64,000 bases of DNA from Saccharofermentans sp. (GCA_045616305.1 JAZLGO010000029.1:50-64049); one strand, 5' to 3'. Counted from the first letter of the stretch, positions 1 to 10,290 are shown. Notes: generated by a model from the sequence alone, not told the origin. A program made the numbers and translations.

Positions 1-204
1 GTACCAGTTGTTCTGCCAAGAGCACAGCTGGGTAGCTATGTTTGGATTGGATAAACGCTGAAGGCATCTAAGTGTGAAGCCAGCTTCAAGATTAGATTTC
101 CCACTTTTTGTTAAGGGCACTGGAAGACTACCAGTTGATAGGCCGGGTGTGTAAGCATAGAGATATGTTCAGCTGACCGGTACTAATGCCCGAGGACTTG
201 ACCA
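1..204 (+). rRNA. rrl: 23S rRNA, 3' end (partial)
   Basis: Conserved 23S 3' motifs (GGATAAACGCTGAAGGCATCTAAG, GTTGATAGGCCGGGTGTGTAAG, TACTAAT...GACTTGACC); 5S follows. End is approximate. Confidence 0.95.
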
Positions 205-307
205 CAAGTTATGTTCAATTCGATTATTTGAAACACAAAAAGATTCTTACTTCTTCTTTTTGATATTAGTTTTCTGTGTAGTCTTGAGGGCACAAGCCTT
301 CAACCAT

Positions 308-423
308 TCTGGTGGTTATTACCCTGGGGTCACACCTGTTCCCATCCCGAACACAGAAGTTAAGCCCAGTGGTGCCGACAATACTTAGCTGGAGACGGCT
401 CGGAAAGATAGGTTGCTGCCAGA
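308..423 (+). rRNA. rrf: 5S rRNA
   Basis: CACACCTGTTCCCATCCCGAACACAGAAGTTAAG core; terminal stem TCTGGTGG/CTGCCAGA; ~116 nt. Confidence 0.95.
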
Positions 424-429
424 TTAAAT

Positions 430-505
430 TCCTCCTTAGCTCAGTCGGTAGAGCACGCGGCTGTTAACCGCGTTGTCGTTGGTTCGAGTCCAACAGGGGG
501 AGCCA
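430..505 (+). tRNA. tRNA-Asn (GTT)
   Basis: Cloverleaf, acceptor TCCTCCT/AGGGGGA, anticodon loop CTGTTAA, TTCGAGT T-loop, encoded CCA. Confidence 0.97.
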
Positions 506-507
506 CT

Positions 508-534
508 AAGGTCATCTTTGAGATGACCTTTTTT
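508..534 (+). terminator. Rho-independent terminator of the rrn/tRNA operon
   Basis: AAGGTCATCT-ttg-AGATGACCTT followed by a T-run. Confidence 0.85.
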
Positions 535-594
535 GTTGCAACTTTTTTTATTTTTATGATATTATATTTTTTAGTGTTATTTTTGAGAGGTAGT

Positions 595-1155
595 ATGTCA
601 GAATTATTAGATATTGTTGATATGAACGGAAAACCAACCGGGGAGACAGTTGAACGCTCCATAGCGCACCGTGACGGTATATTACACAGAACGTCTCATG
701 TTTGGATATTGCGACATCATGAAGGCATTATACAGATTCTTCTTCAGTTAAGAAGTGATAATAAGGATGCTTTCCCGGGATGTTATGATATTTCAAGTGC
801 AGGTCATATACCTGCCGGTGATGATTTTCTTTCTTCTGCCGTAAGGGAACTGGAGGAAGAGCTCGGTGTTAAGGTTAATGGTAATTCGTTAAATTATTGC
901 GGACACAGATATATTGAAACTGATGATAATTTTCACGGTTTAGAATTTCATGACAGGCAGTTTTCAAATGTATATGTTTTATGGCTGGACAGAGATGAAG
1001 CGGATTTTGTTTTGCAGAAAGAGGAAATAAGTTCCGTAAAATGGATGGACTTCTATGATTGTTATAATTCTGTCAGTCGTAATTCAATTAAGCATTGTAT
1101 TGATATCGGAGAGATTGAAATGGTTCGTAATCTTTTCGAAAGTGAATTTGTGTGA
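595..1155 (+). CDS. NUDIX hydrolase (IPP-isomerase-like subfamily)
   Basis: Nudix box AGHIPAGDDFLSSAVRELEEELGV and G-x-LHRTSHVWI; start moved to ATG 595 behind RBS GAGAGG. Confidence 0.85.
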   Translation: MSELLDIVDMNGKPTGETVERSIAHRDGILHRTSHVWILRHHEGIIQILLQLRSDNKDAFPGCYDISSAGHIPAGDDFLSSAVRELEEELGVKVNGNSLNYCGHRYIETDDNFHGLEFHDRQFSNVYVLWLDRDEADFVLQKEEISSVKWMDFYDCYNSVSRNSIKHCIDIGEIEMVRNLFESEFV

Positions 1156-1192
1156 ATTGTAATCATTAATAAGATGTGGAGGAGTTAATTTC

Positions 1193-1726
1193 ATGAAGAA
1201 GTTTTTAATTGTTGTTGATATGCAGAAAGATTTTGTTGACGGTTCTCTCGGTACTAAAGAAGCAGTCTCGATTGTTCCTAATGTTGTTAGTAAAATTAAA
1301 GGATTTGAAGGAAATATTATTTGTACTTACGATACTCATTTTGATGATTATTTGGAAACATCAGAGGGAAAGAAGCTTCCTGTTGTTCATTGTGTAAAGG
1401 ATACTGACGGATGGAAACTTAATTCTGATGTATTTGACTCATTAAAAGGTAAAGAATATAAGGAAATCCATAAGATTACTTTTGGTTCCCGTGATTTACC
1501 TGCTCTTATTATGTCAATAGCGGGAGATGTTAACGAGAAAGATTTGTCAATCGAATTGATAGGGCTCTGTACAGATATATGCGTTGTTTCGAATGCTCTT
1601 TATCTTAAGGCTAATTTCCCTGAGGCTGAAATAAAGGTTGATTCTTCTTGCTGTGCCGGAGTTACACCTGCGACTCATAATGCGGCTCTTGATACAATGA
1701 GATGTTGTCAGATTGATGTTTTATAA
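1193..1726 (+). CDS. pncA: Nicotinamidase / isochorismatase-family cysteine hydrolase
   Basis: VVDMQKDF, DTH, HC, K-x-TFGS and GLCTDICV motifs; adjacent to nadE. Confidence 0.8.
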   Translation: MKKFLIVVDMQKDFVDGSLGTKEAVSIVPNVVSKIKGFEGNIICTYDTHFDDYLETSEGKKLPVVHCVKDTDGWKLNSDVFDSLKGKEYKEIHKITFGSRDLPALIMSIAGDVNEKDLSIELIGLCTDICVVSNALYLKANFPEAEIKVDSSCCAGVTPATHNAALDTMRCCQIDVL

Positions 1727-1747
1727 CTTGATTTGGAGGATATATTT

Positions 1748-2476
1748 ATGTTTAACGCTGAGAAGGTTAAGGATCAATGTGTTGAATGGATCAGAGATTT
1801 TTTCAGGAATAACGGTCCTGATTGTAATGCAGTAATCGGTATTTCGGGCGGGAAGGACAGTTCAATCGCAGCTGCTCTTTGTGTTGAAGCCTTAGGTGCT
1901 GATCGTGTAATCGGTGTTTTAATGCCTTGCGGAATTCAGCATGATATTGATATGGCAAGACTTCTTGTTGATACATTGGGTATTAAGTCTTTCGAGATTA
2001 ATATAAAGGATACGATTGATGCAGTTACAAAGGCTATACCTTTTGAATTGTCTGCTCAGAGTAAGACTAACCTGCCTCCGAGAATCAGAATGGCAACATT
2101 GTATGCTGTATCTCAGAGTAATAACGGACGTGTTGTAAATACATGTAACCTTTCAGAGGACTGGGTAGGTTATTCTACACGTTACGGTGATGCAGCAGGA
2201 GATTTCAGTCCGATGAGTCACTTGACAGTAGATGAAGTTAAACAGATAGGAAGACTTCTTCAACTTCCTGATGTTCTTGTTGATAAAACTCCGATTGATG
2301 GCTTGTGCGGTAAGACCGATGAAGATAATCTCGGATTTACATATGCTGAATTAGATCGATATATAAGAACAGGTGAGATAGATGATCCGGCTAAGAAAGA
2401 AAGAATTGATCGTCTTCACAGAAATAATCTCTTTAAGCTTCAGTTGATGCCTTCATTTATTCCCGAAGAGATTTAA
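1748..2476 (+). CDS. nadE: NH3-dependent NAD(+) synthetase
   Basis: GISGGKDSS PP-loop, NL-x-x-RIRM, GYSTRYGD, TDEDNLG; start at MFNAEK behind GGAGG. Confidence 0.93.
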   Translation: MFNAEKVKDQCVEWIRDFFRNNGPDCNAVIGISGGKDSSIAAALCVEALGADRVIGVLMPCGIQHDIDMARLLVDTLGIKSFEINIKDTIDAVTKAIPFELSAQSKTNLPPRIRMATLYAVSQSNNGRVVNTCNLSEDWVGYSTRYGDAAGDFSPMSHLTVDEVKQIGRLLQLPDVLVDKTPIDGLCGKTDEDNLGFTYAELDRYIRTGEIDDPAKKERIDRLHRNNLFKLQLMPSFIPEEI

Positions 2477-2484
2477 TTAGGCAC

Positions 2485-3540
2485 ATGACAGTTCTTTTGG
2501 ACGACAGTAAGAAGCAGTACAAAGCTAATCTTCATGCACATTCAACCGAATCAGACGGAAAACTGAGTGTTAACGATTTGATGGTTAAATATAAAGCAGA
2601 AGGTTATTCTGTGCTGGCTGTAACAGACCATGAGACGCCGCTTCGTCACTCGAATTTAAGTACTGACGATTTTCTTATGTTGGATGGTTATGAAGCATAT
2701 ATTCGCCCTTCCAAGAAGTGTATATTTAACAGATTTAAGCCTGAGATTCACTTAAATCTGATTGCTAAATCTTCATACAATGATGATGAAGATATAGGAG
2801 CCGAGTATCTTCCGTATCTTGGTTACAATTTTTTTTACACGAAATATTATGATAGAAAAATTGCAAAAAAGCTTGATGTGGCACGAAAACTGAAGAAAAG
2901 ACGTTTTACAATTCATTATATGAATAATTTTATTGAGTGTGCACATGAGGCAGGTTATTTTGTTTTTCTGAACCATCCTTATTGGTCAATGATGGAGCAA
3001 AAAGATTTGTTTGAATTAAACGGAATAGATTCAGTTGAGATTTTTAATTATTCTTCAATGATTGTCAATGATGATGAGGGCGATGTTAAATTTTATGATT
3101 CATTATTGAGACACGACAAGAGAAGTTATCTGATAAAGAAAGATGAAAGAAAACCGTTTTGCCACGGTTCTGATGACAATCACAACGGGAACAGGGAGAT
3201 GGATGATTCTTTTGGAGCTTTTACGTATATATTGGCGGATTCCTTGAATTATGCTTCAATAAGTAACGCCATAGGAAAAGGTGACTATTATGCTTCAACC
3301 GGTCCTCGAATAAAAAGAATTGAGATTAACGGGAACAATGCTCATATATGGGCAGATGACTGTAAATCTATTATTATGCATGTAACGCCGAAATTCTCGT
3401 GCAGAAAGTATTCAACAGACGATGAACCTATTAATGAAGCTGATTTTAAGATACCGGGAAGCTGTAAGTTTGTGTATTTTTCAATTAGAGATAAAGAAGG
3501 GAAAACAGCTGTTACCAGGTATTATGATGTTAAGCGTTAA
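2485..3540 (+). CDS. PHP-superfamily metal-dependent phosphoesterase
   Basis: NLHAHSTESDG, AVTDHE, NHPYWS, VEIFN and GSDDNH metal-binding motifs. Confidence 0.8.
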   Translation: MTVLLDDSKKQYKANLHAHSTESDGKLSVNDLMVKYKAEGYSVLAVTDHETPLRHSNLSTDDFLMLDGYEAYIRPSKKCIFNRFKPEIHLNLIAKSSYNDDEDIGAEYLPYLGYNFFYTKYYDRKIAKKLDVARKLKKRRFTIHYMNNFIECAHEAGYFVFLNHPYWSMMEQKDLFELNGIDSVEIFNYSSMIVNDDEGDVKFYDSLLRHDKRSYLIKKDERKPFCHGSDDNHNGNREMDDSFGAFTYILADSLNYASISNAIGKGDYYASTGPRIKRIEINGNNAHIWADDCKSIIMHVTPKFSCRKYSTDDEPINEADFKIPGSCKFVYFSIRDKEGKTAVTRYYDVKR

Positions 3541-3593
3541 AATGTGGTATTATATTGTCTCAGTAAGCAGTTTGATTAATAAAGGATTTTGAT

Positions 3594-6416
3594 ATGGAAG
3601 CAAGTTTAAAAAATGATATGCCTTCGATGAAGAAAAAGAGGATTAATTTTACGACATTATTTTATATTTCTGCATTTGCAATTCCTTTTTTCTTTACCGC
3701 AATTGTATTTATAATAGCAGGTATTTATCCGTTCGGAACACGTACTCTGCTCACTGTTGATTGCTATCATCAGTATGTTCCTTTTTTGATTGAATTCAGA
3801 AATAAGGTTTGGTCCGGAGAATCCCTGTTTTATACATGGAATAATGGATTGGGAATGGAGTATTATGCTGCTTTTGCAAATTACTGTTCAAGTCCGCTTA
3901 ATATATTTGCGCTATTGTTTAATGCAAAAACAATGCCGATCTTTGTCTTTATTGTAACTTCGTTAAGAGCAGGATTGGCTTCTGTGTTTATGACCTTGTT
4001 TTTATCAGATTCAGAGAAAAGAAAACCTGATTTAATTACTTTATCATTTTCTGTTATGTATGCATTATGCGGTTGGTTTCTTACTGATTTTTGGAATATT
4101 ATGTGGTGCGATGCTTTGGTTTTGTTGCCGCTTATATGCTATGGCCTTCGCAAAATGATATTTAAAGGGAAATATGCCGTATATGTACTTTCTCTTTTTG
4201 CTGCTATAACGAGTAATTATTATTCAGGATATTTTCTTTGTTTATTTCTTGTTTTGTTTGCTCCGATTATGTATATTACCGAGGCTGTCGGTAAAAACGA
4301 GGCAGATAATGATTGTACGGTATTATCAGTCGGCAGTTTTTTCAAATGTGCCGGTCGCTTTGTTTTGGGAAGCATTGTAGCAGGTTGTATGACAGCTGCT
4401 GTTACAATACCTACATATTTTATTCTTCAGAATACGTCTGCTACAGGTTCAAACTTGGAGTGGAATTTAAAATTAGAGAACGATTTATTTGATTTCTTGG
4501 GCAGATTTTTTGTCGGTGCCAATCCTAATATAAGAGACGGAATGGCTAATGTGTATTCAGGGACACTCACTGTATTCTTGTTACCTTTATTTTTTATGGC
4601 TCCGAAATGCACAGGAATTAAGCTCAAACATAAGATTTGTTTTGGTTTTCTTCTAACCGTGCTTTATCTCAGCCTGTCTAACAGAACGCTTACATTTATT
4701 TGGCATGGATTTCATTTTCCTAATCAGATACCGCACAGAGAGTCATTTCTTATGAGCTTTTTATTGGTATATATGGCTTTCATGGTAGTGCGTAATATTC
4801 GTGCCTATGATAAAAATATTATTCCTCGTATTGCGATAGCTTATATTGCTTTTGTTTTTCTTTTCGAAAAGCTTGGTGAAGGAAAAGAAAGCTACGCGCA
4901 GTTCTTTATTTCTATTATTTTTATCATGGCAATCGGTGCAACATTATACAGTATCAGAATTGGTTCCAAATCAACAAAGGGCTTGGCACGTATATTGACT
5001 GCAGTGGTTTTATGTGAATCTTTTATAGCAACAACTTTTATAATTTGTACCGTCGGTGAAAATGAATCATTCCCGAGTTATGATTATTACGGTAAGAATC
5101 ATGCTGAAATCCAAGACTATTTTGAAGGAATTAAAGATTCATCGGAACACGGTATATTTGAGCGAACTGAGATTTATCCGAATTATATTTGTAATATTGA
5201 GTCCGTATATGACCTGAAGGGAATATCGGTTTTCTCTTCGACGGCAAGAGAATCATTTGTAAAATATATGGAAAATTACGGTTTGGCAAGCAATGGAATA
5301 AATTCAATTCGAGCATTCGGTTTGACAAAACAGTCAGCTTCTTTATTCGGTATCAGAAATGCGGTTACTACTACTGTTACTAACAATGTGCCATTATTTT
5401 TTGATAAAGTTACGGATGTGTCTGATAACGTTGCTGTGTACGAGAACGAAGATGCACTCAGTGTAGGTTACATGGTAGCAGAAGATATTCTGGATTATGT
5501 GCCTGACGCACTTAATTCGGATCCGTTTATTGATTTGAATAATTTGATTCATGCATTGGGTTATAACGATGACTTGTATCAGAAAATCTCAGTATCAGAC
5601 GATGGCTGTGAAGGTGCTAAAGTTATTAACGACAGTATGTCGGATTTGTGTTACAACGTTAGTGAAAACGGAAAGGTTATTTTGAATTTTAATGTTTCCG
5701 GTTCTTATACCGGCAGTGATGTTTATGTATACATCCATTCTACTTCTGACGGAAAGGTAACAATTCTTCAGGAGGATGAAGCGCAAAATAAGCCGTTTGA
5801 TGTTAAATCAAAGCAGATTATCAGTATCGGAAAGTATAACGGTGAGCCGATTAAAGTGAAAGCAGAATATGGTTCGGCAAAATCAGGAATGTTCCGTGTA
5901 TATGTATATGAAGCCAATAATGATAATTATCAAGAAATGCTCGATTTATTGGATGATAATCAGTTGAATGTAACTGATTATACATCTGATACGCTGATAG
6001 GCGATATTACTGCAACAAAGGACGGTCTTTTACTTCTTACAATTCCTTATTCAGAAGGTTTTGTTGCAGAAGTTGACGGTAAAGAAGCAGAATTGTTATC
6101 TGTTCAGGATGCTTTGTGTGCTGTAAGGCTTTCTTCAGGAACGCATCATATTGAAATCAAGTATTTACCGCCGTTTTTCTCATTGGGCGTAACAGTGTCA
6201 TTGGCAGGAATATTAATGCTTTTGTTGTTGATAGTAATTCCTGTAATATTAAATTTTGTGAGAACTAAAAAAGCTGACAAGAACACTTGCAAGGTGATTG
6301 ACGATGTTGATGTTGTCAGCGAAAGTGATAAAGTCGATGACAGTAACAGCAGTGACAGTGATGTAAGCGCAGATGAAACAGCAACGCTTGAAATTATTGT
6401 TCCTCCTCAAGAATAG
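3594..6416 (+). CDS. YfhO-family GT-C membrane glycosyltransferase
   Basis: DCYHQYVPF, GLG...Y..SPLN, NIMWCD, WHGFHFPNQIPHRESF and TIPYSEGF...VDG motifs; many TM helices plus a large extracellular loop. Confidence 0.85.
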   Translation: MEASLKNDMPSMKKKRINFTTLFYISAFAIPFFFTAIVFIIAGIYPFGTRTLLTVDCYHQYVPFLIEFRNKVWSGESLFYTWNNGLGMEYYAAFANYCSSPLNIFALLFNAKTMPIFVFIVTSLRAGLASVFMTLFLSDSEKRKPDLITLSFSVMYALCGWFLTDFWNIMWCDALVLLPLICYGLRKMIFKGKYAVYVLSLFAAITSNYYSGYFLCLFLVLFAPIMYITEAVGKNEADNDCTVLSVGSFFKCAGRFVLGSIVAGCMTAAVTIPTYFILQNTSATGSNLEWNLKLENDLFDFLGRFFVGANPNIRDGMANVYSGTLTVFLLPLFFMAPKCTGIKLKHKICFGFLLTVLYLSLSNRTLTFIWHGFHFPNQIPHRESFLMSFLLVYMAFMVVRNIRAYDKNIIPRIAIAYIAFVFLFEKLGEGKESYAQFFISIIFIMAIGATLYSIRIGSKSTKGLARILTAVVLCESFIATTFIICTVGENESFPSYDYYGKNHAEIQDYFEGIKDSSEHGIFERTEIYPNYICNIESVYDLKGISVFSSTARESFVKYMENYGLASNGINSIRAFGLTKQSASLFGIRNAVTTTVTNNVPLFFDKVTDVSDNVAVYENEDALSVGYMVAEDILDYVPDALNSDPFIDLNNLIHALGYNDDLYQKISVSDDGCEGAKVINDSMSDLCYNVSENGKVILNFNVSGSYTGSDVYVYIHSTSDGKVTILQEDEAQNKPFDVKSKQIISIGKYNGEPIKVKAEYGSAKSGMFRVYVYEANNDNYQEMLDLLDDNQLNVTDYTSDTLIGDITATKDGLLLLTIPYSEGFVAEVDGKEAELLSVQDALCAVRLSSGTHHIEIKYLPPFFSLGVTVSLAGILMLLLLIVIPVILNFVRTKKADKNTCKVIDDVDVVSESDKVDDSNSSDSDVSADETATLEIIVPPQE

Positions 6417-7254
6417 AAAAAGCCCACATATCTTCAATTTGATATGATAATTCATCATATGACCATATTTTATTTGTGCGTTCTGTGCTGAAAGAATCCT
6501 TTATTATAAATCCTTCATCGCAATATCCGGAGATTACAATAAAATGTCCTTCAGTTGTGAAGTCTCCCGGGCCCATGATGCATATTATCGGATTGTCTTT
6601 GTCCAAAGCACATTTCATCTCATCTTCATCATTTGATAACTGATATGAATAAACTCCGAATGATTCACAGCCCTCATACATTAAGCTCCATGCGGTTCCG
6701 TTTCCCGGGATGCAGTAACCGTTTTCAGTTGCATAATCAGCTATATAATCAGGTGAGTAATCCTCGTCTCCTGTAAGGTAAACAACAACCATAGAGAGAG
6801 CAGTAGGTCCGCACCCCGTGTATCCTACCAATCCTGTACCGTATTCATCATATCCCCACCTTGAATCGTATTGTGAGAAATATGGAATATCACCGTTTGC
6901 AATTTCTACATCTTCCTTTATATCGACATCAAAATTTTGCAGATGTGCTGTAGGATAGTTATATACATAATCAAGCGTTTCCGGATTACGAGTAATTAAT
7001 TCAGAGAGATCACTTGTGAATAAATCAGGGTTATCTTCTATATATTGTATTTTTGCATTTTTGAACAAGTCGCTGTTAATATCTTTATCAGTACTGCTAA
7101 ATTTAAGGCAGGTAACATTGTTACTTTCCTCAAATTCTTCATCATTTTTTGAATTAGAACCGACATAATAATACACAATTGTTGTAAAGGTACCTGCGAT
7201 GATTAAACCTAAAATACCCGCTCCGATAATAATAGTTTTTATGTTGCTTTTCAT
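6394..7254 (-). CDS. Membrane-anchored C39-like (papain-fold) peptidase
   Basis: N-terminal TM; IPYFSQYDSRWG, GCGPTALSMV and PGDFTTEGHFIVI (Cys/His) motifs. Confidence 0.8.
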   Translation of the reverse strand: MKSNIKTIIIGAGILGLIIAGTFTTIVYYYVGSNSKNDEEFEESNNVTCLKFSSTDKDINSDLFKNAKIQYIEDNPDLFTSDLSELITRNPETLDYVYNYPTAHLQNFDVDIKEDVEIANGDIPYFSQYDSRWGYDEYGTGLVGYTGCGPTALSMVVVYLTGDEDYSPDYIADYATENGYCIPGNGTAWSLMYEGCESFGVYSYQLSNDEDEMKCALDKDNPIICIMGPGDFTTEGHFIVISGYCDEGFIIKDSFSTERTNKIWSYDELSYQIEDMWAFSILEEEQ

Positions 7255-7400
7255 ATCTTTCTCCGAACCAATTGATAATAATATTATCTGAAACCAATAT
7301 TAAGATAAGCTTATTGAAGGTTTTAAAAAAACATTAAGAAGTTCGAAAGAAATATGTTATTATAAGCATTAGAGAAAGATTTGGTTAAGGAGTAAATGTT

Positions 7401-8933
7401 ATGAAATTAGAAGATTTATTAATCTATGATCCGATAGTTATTCAATGTCACAATTTTCCTGACGCTGATGCATTGGCCTCAGCTTACGGCTTGTATCTTT
7501 ATTACTTGGGTAAGGGAAAGGATGTAAGTATAGTATATGCAGGCAAAGAGGAAATACAGAAATCCAATCTGAAATTGATGTGTCATGAATTAAAAATACC
7601 GGCGAAGTATGTTACAGAGGCACCTTCAGCTTTGGAAGAGGAGAATTCATTACTTATTACTGTAGATTGTCAGTACGGAGCCAAAAATGTTGATTCTTTT
7701 GAAGCAAAAAACATAGCTATAATAGATCACCATCGAATAGAAGTTGAATACGGTAGAAATTGTATAATCGTTCCTTCATACGGTGCCTGTTCTACTGTGA
7801 TATGGAAGCTCCTTCTTGAAGCCGGTTTTGATGTTGATTCGAATGAGGAATTGTCAACTGCTCTTTATTACGGCTTATATATGGACACTAAGGAATTTGC
7901 TGAAATAGAACATCCTGTTGATCGCGATGCTATGGATATGCTTAAACACAATACAATGAAGGTGCTTCTGTTTAAAAATTCCAATATTTCATTGAATGAA
8001 TTGGAAACGGCCGGAATTGCACTTCTTCGCTATTCGTATAATGATGACTATTCATTTGCCGTTTGTAAAGCAAATGAATGTGATCCTAACGTTCTCGGAA
8101 TAATCAGTGACTTCCTGATTATGGTTGATTCAATAAAAACCTGCGTTGCTTATTGTAAAACTCACGGTGGCTTTAAGTATTCGGTAAGAAGTTGCGTACG
8201 TGAAGTTGATGCCAGTCAGCTTGCGGCATTTCTTGCAGAGAAGATGGGTTCCGGCGGAGGTCATTATGATAAGGCAGGCGGATTTATCAGTGAAGCTCTT
8301 TTTGAAGAGAAATACCCGACTCTTCATTCTGAAGGTTATTTTAACAACAAGATGGTTGAGTATTTTGATATGTTTGATATGGTATATCCTGATGAGTATG
8401 ATATTGAAATTGATAAATGCCAATGCTATATAAAGCGTAAACGTGAGATTGGTTGTGTAAAGATGAGTGAGATAATGCCTGTCGGAACAGAAGTCAATAT
8501 ACGTACGATTGAGGGCGATATGGATTTGGTTACTACCGATGATTTATATGCATTAATCGGCATAAAAGGTGAGGTTTATACCAATTTGGCTGAGAAATTT
8601 GAACGTTCATACGAGATTGTATCGGAGACATATGATTTTAATAAATGTGTTTTAGACCCGGTTTATGAACCTAATGTTCGTAATATGCGAAATGGTGATA
8701 CCGTTTCCTTAGTGTCATATGCAAAAACTTGCGTTTCTAAAGGAACAACACGCATTTTTGCCAAACGACTGGACAAGTATGTTAAGGTTTTCTCGAATTG
8801 GGATACGTCGAAATACTGGGTAGGAAAACCGGGTGATTATATTGCTTGTCGTACAGATGATTATCATGATGTGTATATCATAGATTGTGATGTTTTTAAA
8901 GAAAGTTATTCGTTGGCAGGTGAAGACAATTGA
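7401..8933 (+). CDS. DHH/DHHA1 phosphoesterase with C-terminal extension
   Basis: HNFPDADALAS, TVD, IDHH, MDT, SVRS and GSGGGH-x-x-x-AGG motifs. Confidence 0.85.
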   Translation: MKLEDLLIYDPIVIQCHNFPDADALASAYGLYLYYLGKGKDVSIVYAGKEEIQKSNLKLMCHELKIPAKYVTEAPSALEEENSLLITVDCQYGAKNVDSFEAKNIAIIDHHRIEVEYGRNCIIVPSYGACSTVIWKLLLEAGFDVDSNEELSTALYYGLYMDTKEFAEIEHPVDRDAMDMLKHNTMKVLLFKNSNISLNELETAGIALLRYSYNDDYSFAVCKANECDPNVLGIISDFLIMVDSIKTCVAYCKTHGGFKYSVRSCVREVDASQLAAFLAEKMGSGGGHYDKAGGFISEALFEEKYPTLHSEGYFNNKMVEYFDMFDMVYPDEYDIEIDKCQCYIKRKREIGCVKMSEIMPVGTEVNIRTIEGDMDLVTTDDLYALIGIKGEVYTNLAEKFERSYEIVSETYDFNKCVLDPVYEPNVRNMRNGDTVSLVSYAKTCVSKGTTRIFAKRLDKYVKVFSNWDTSKYWVGKPGDYIACRTDDYHDVYIIDCDVFKESYSLAGEDN

Positions 8934-9538
8934 CAAGAGTGATATTGGCAAGTGCATCTCCGAGAAGAAAGGAGATTCTTTCACTTATTACAGAGAATTT
9001 TGAGATTATGACCTCGGATGTTGATGAACGTTTAATAGAGAAGGAATTCATTGATCACATCGGTAATTATTCTTCTGATATCAGTAAGTTGTCCGAGATT
9101 CTTGCTGCGGCAAAAGCAAAAGATATTTTTGATAAACTGGGGAGACCTGATGATACAGTAGTTATCGGTTCTGATACTTCAGTTATAGTAGATGGCGAGG
9201 TTTTGGGTAAACCGATTGATTATGATGATGCTGTACGTATGCTTGTTAAACTATCAGGAAAAGTGCACAGCGTTGTGACTGGTGTTGCAATTGTATATGA
9301 TAAAGGTACGGTATCCTTCAGTAATAAAAGTTTTGTTACTTTTAATTCTTATGACGAAGAACAGCGCAGACTGATTTTAAAGTATTGTGACAGTCAGGAG
9401 CCTTATGATAAGGCCGGTGCGTATGGAATACAGGGAAAAGGTGCATTATTGATCAATCGAATTGACGGAGATTTTTACAGTATAATGGGTTTACCTGTAG
9501 CTCAACTTCAGAGAGAATTAGGTAAGATTATCGGTTGA
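8930..9538 (+). CDS. maf: Maf-family nucleoside triphosphate pyrophosphatase
   Basis: ILASASPRRKEIL, GSDT, LGKP, DKAGAYGIQG, IMGLP. Confidence 0.93.
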   Translation: MTRVILASASPRRKEILSLITENFEIMTSDVDERLIEKEFIDHIGNYSSDISKLSEILAAAKAKDIFDKLGRPDDTVVIGSDTSVIVDGEVLGKPIDYDDAVRMLVKLSGKVHSVVTGVAIVYDKGTVSFSNKSFVTFNSYDEEQRRLILKYCDSQEPYDKAGAYGIQGKGALLINRIDGDFYSIMGLPVAQLQRELGKIIG

Positions 9539-9555
9539 TTGTCGGTGAATATATT

Positions 9556-10140
9556 ATGTTTAGTATAGCATTTTTAATTAAGAATTTCTTCTTGGGTGTC
9601 GGATTGGCAATGGATGCATTCTCTGTTTCACTTGCCAACGGACTTAATGAACCTAAAATGAAGTTATCTAAGATGATAACAATTGCTGGGATATTTGCAT
9701 TTTTTCAGGCTGCGATGCCTCTGATTGGCTGGCTCTGTGTGCATACGATATTGAATTATTTCAGTATTCTTGAGCTTTTTATTCCATGGATTGCATTTGG
9801 TCTTTTGGGTTATATCGGCGGTAAGATGCTTTGGGAAGGAATAAAATCAGATTCAAATAATTCAGAGAGAAAGACAGTTGGTTTAAAAAATTTAGTTGTT
9901 CAGGGAGTAGCTACTTCAATTGATGCTCTTTCGGTAGGATTTACAATAGCAGAGTATGATATATTGTCGGCTGTTTTGTCAGCTTTGGTGATTGCGGCTG
10001 TCACGTATGTGATTTGTCTGTCAGGTGTATTAATCGGCAAGAAGTTTGGCATGAGACTTTCAAATAAAGCACAGATACTCGGTGGTTTGATTTTAATCGG
10101 AATAGGAATTGAAATACTTATTACCGGTCTTATTAAATAA
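9556..10140 (+). CDS. mntP: Manganese efflux pump MntP
   Basis: GLAMDAFSVS, FQAAMPLIGW, ATSIDALSVG; start uncertain (9535 or 9556). Confidence 0.85.
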   Translation: MFSIAFLIKNFFLGVGLAMDAFSVSLANGLNEPKMKLSKMITIAGIFAFFQAAMPLIGWLCVHTILNYFSILELFIPWIAFGLLGYIGGKMLWEGIKSDSNNSERKTVGLKNLVVQGVATSIDALSVGFTIAEYDILSAVLSALVIAAVTYVICLSGVLIGKKFGMRLSNKAQILGGLILIGIGIEILITGLIK

Positions 10141-10165
10141 TTTGAAAAATATTATGAAATACTGC

Positions 10166-10194
10166 TTGATTTTATTTTATTCATTTGCTATACT
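10166..10194 (+). promoter_or_regulatory. sigma-A promoter for tRNA-Gln
   Basis: TTGATT-17-TATACT about 20 nt upstream of the tRNA. Confidence 0.6.
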
Positions 10195-10214
10195 TTACAC
10201 CGTTGATTAAACAT

Positions 10215-10288
10215 TGCCGAATTGTGTAATGGTAGCACTCCGGTTTCTGGTACCGTCTGTCTAGGTTCGAATCCTGGTTCGGCAGCCA
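10215..10288 (+). tRNA. tRNA-Gln (CTG)
   Basis: Acceptor TGCCGAA/TTCGGCA, anticodon loop TTCTGGT, TTCGAAT, CCA. Confidence 0.93.
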
Positions 10289-10290
10289 AT

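Noticed and set aside
523-594. Hydrophobic N-terminal extension of the NUDIX ORF
   Set aside because: It starts inside the terminator; a better ATG with RBS is at 595.
441-662. Short ORFs over RNA genes (441-662, 10405-10593, 10590-10817)
   Set aside because: They overlap clear tRNAs and are translation artefacts.
7290-7345. TTAAG-like repeats resembling OmpR-family boxes upstream of the C39 peptidase
   Set aside because: Too degenerate in an AT-rich context to support.
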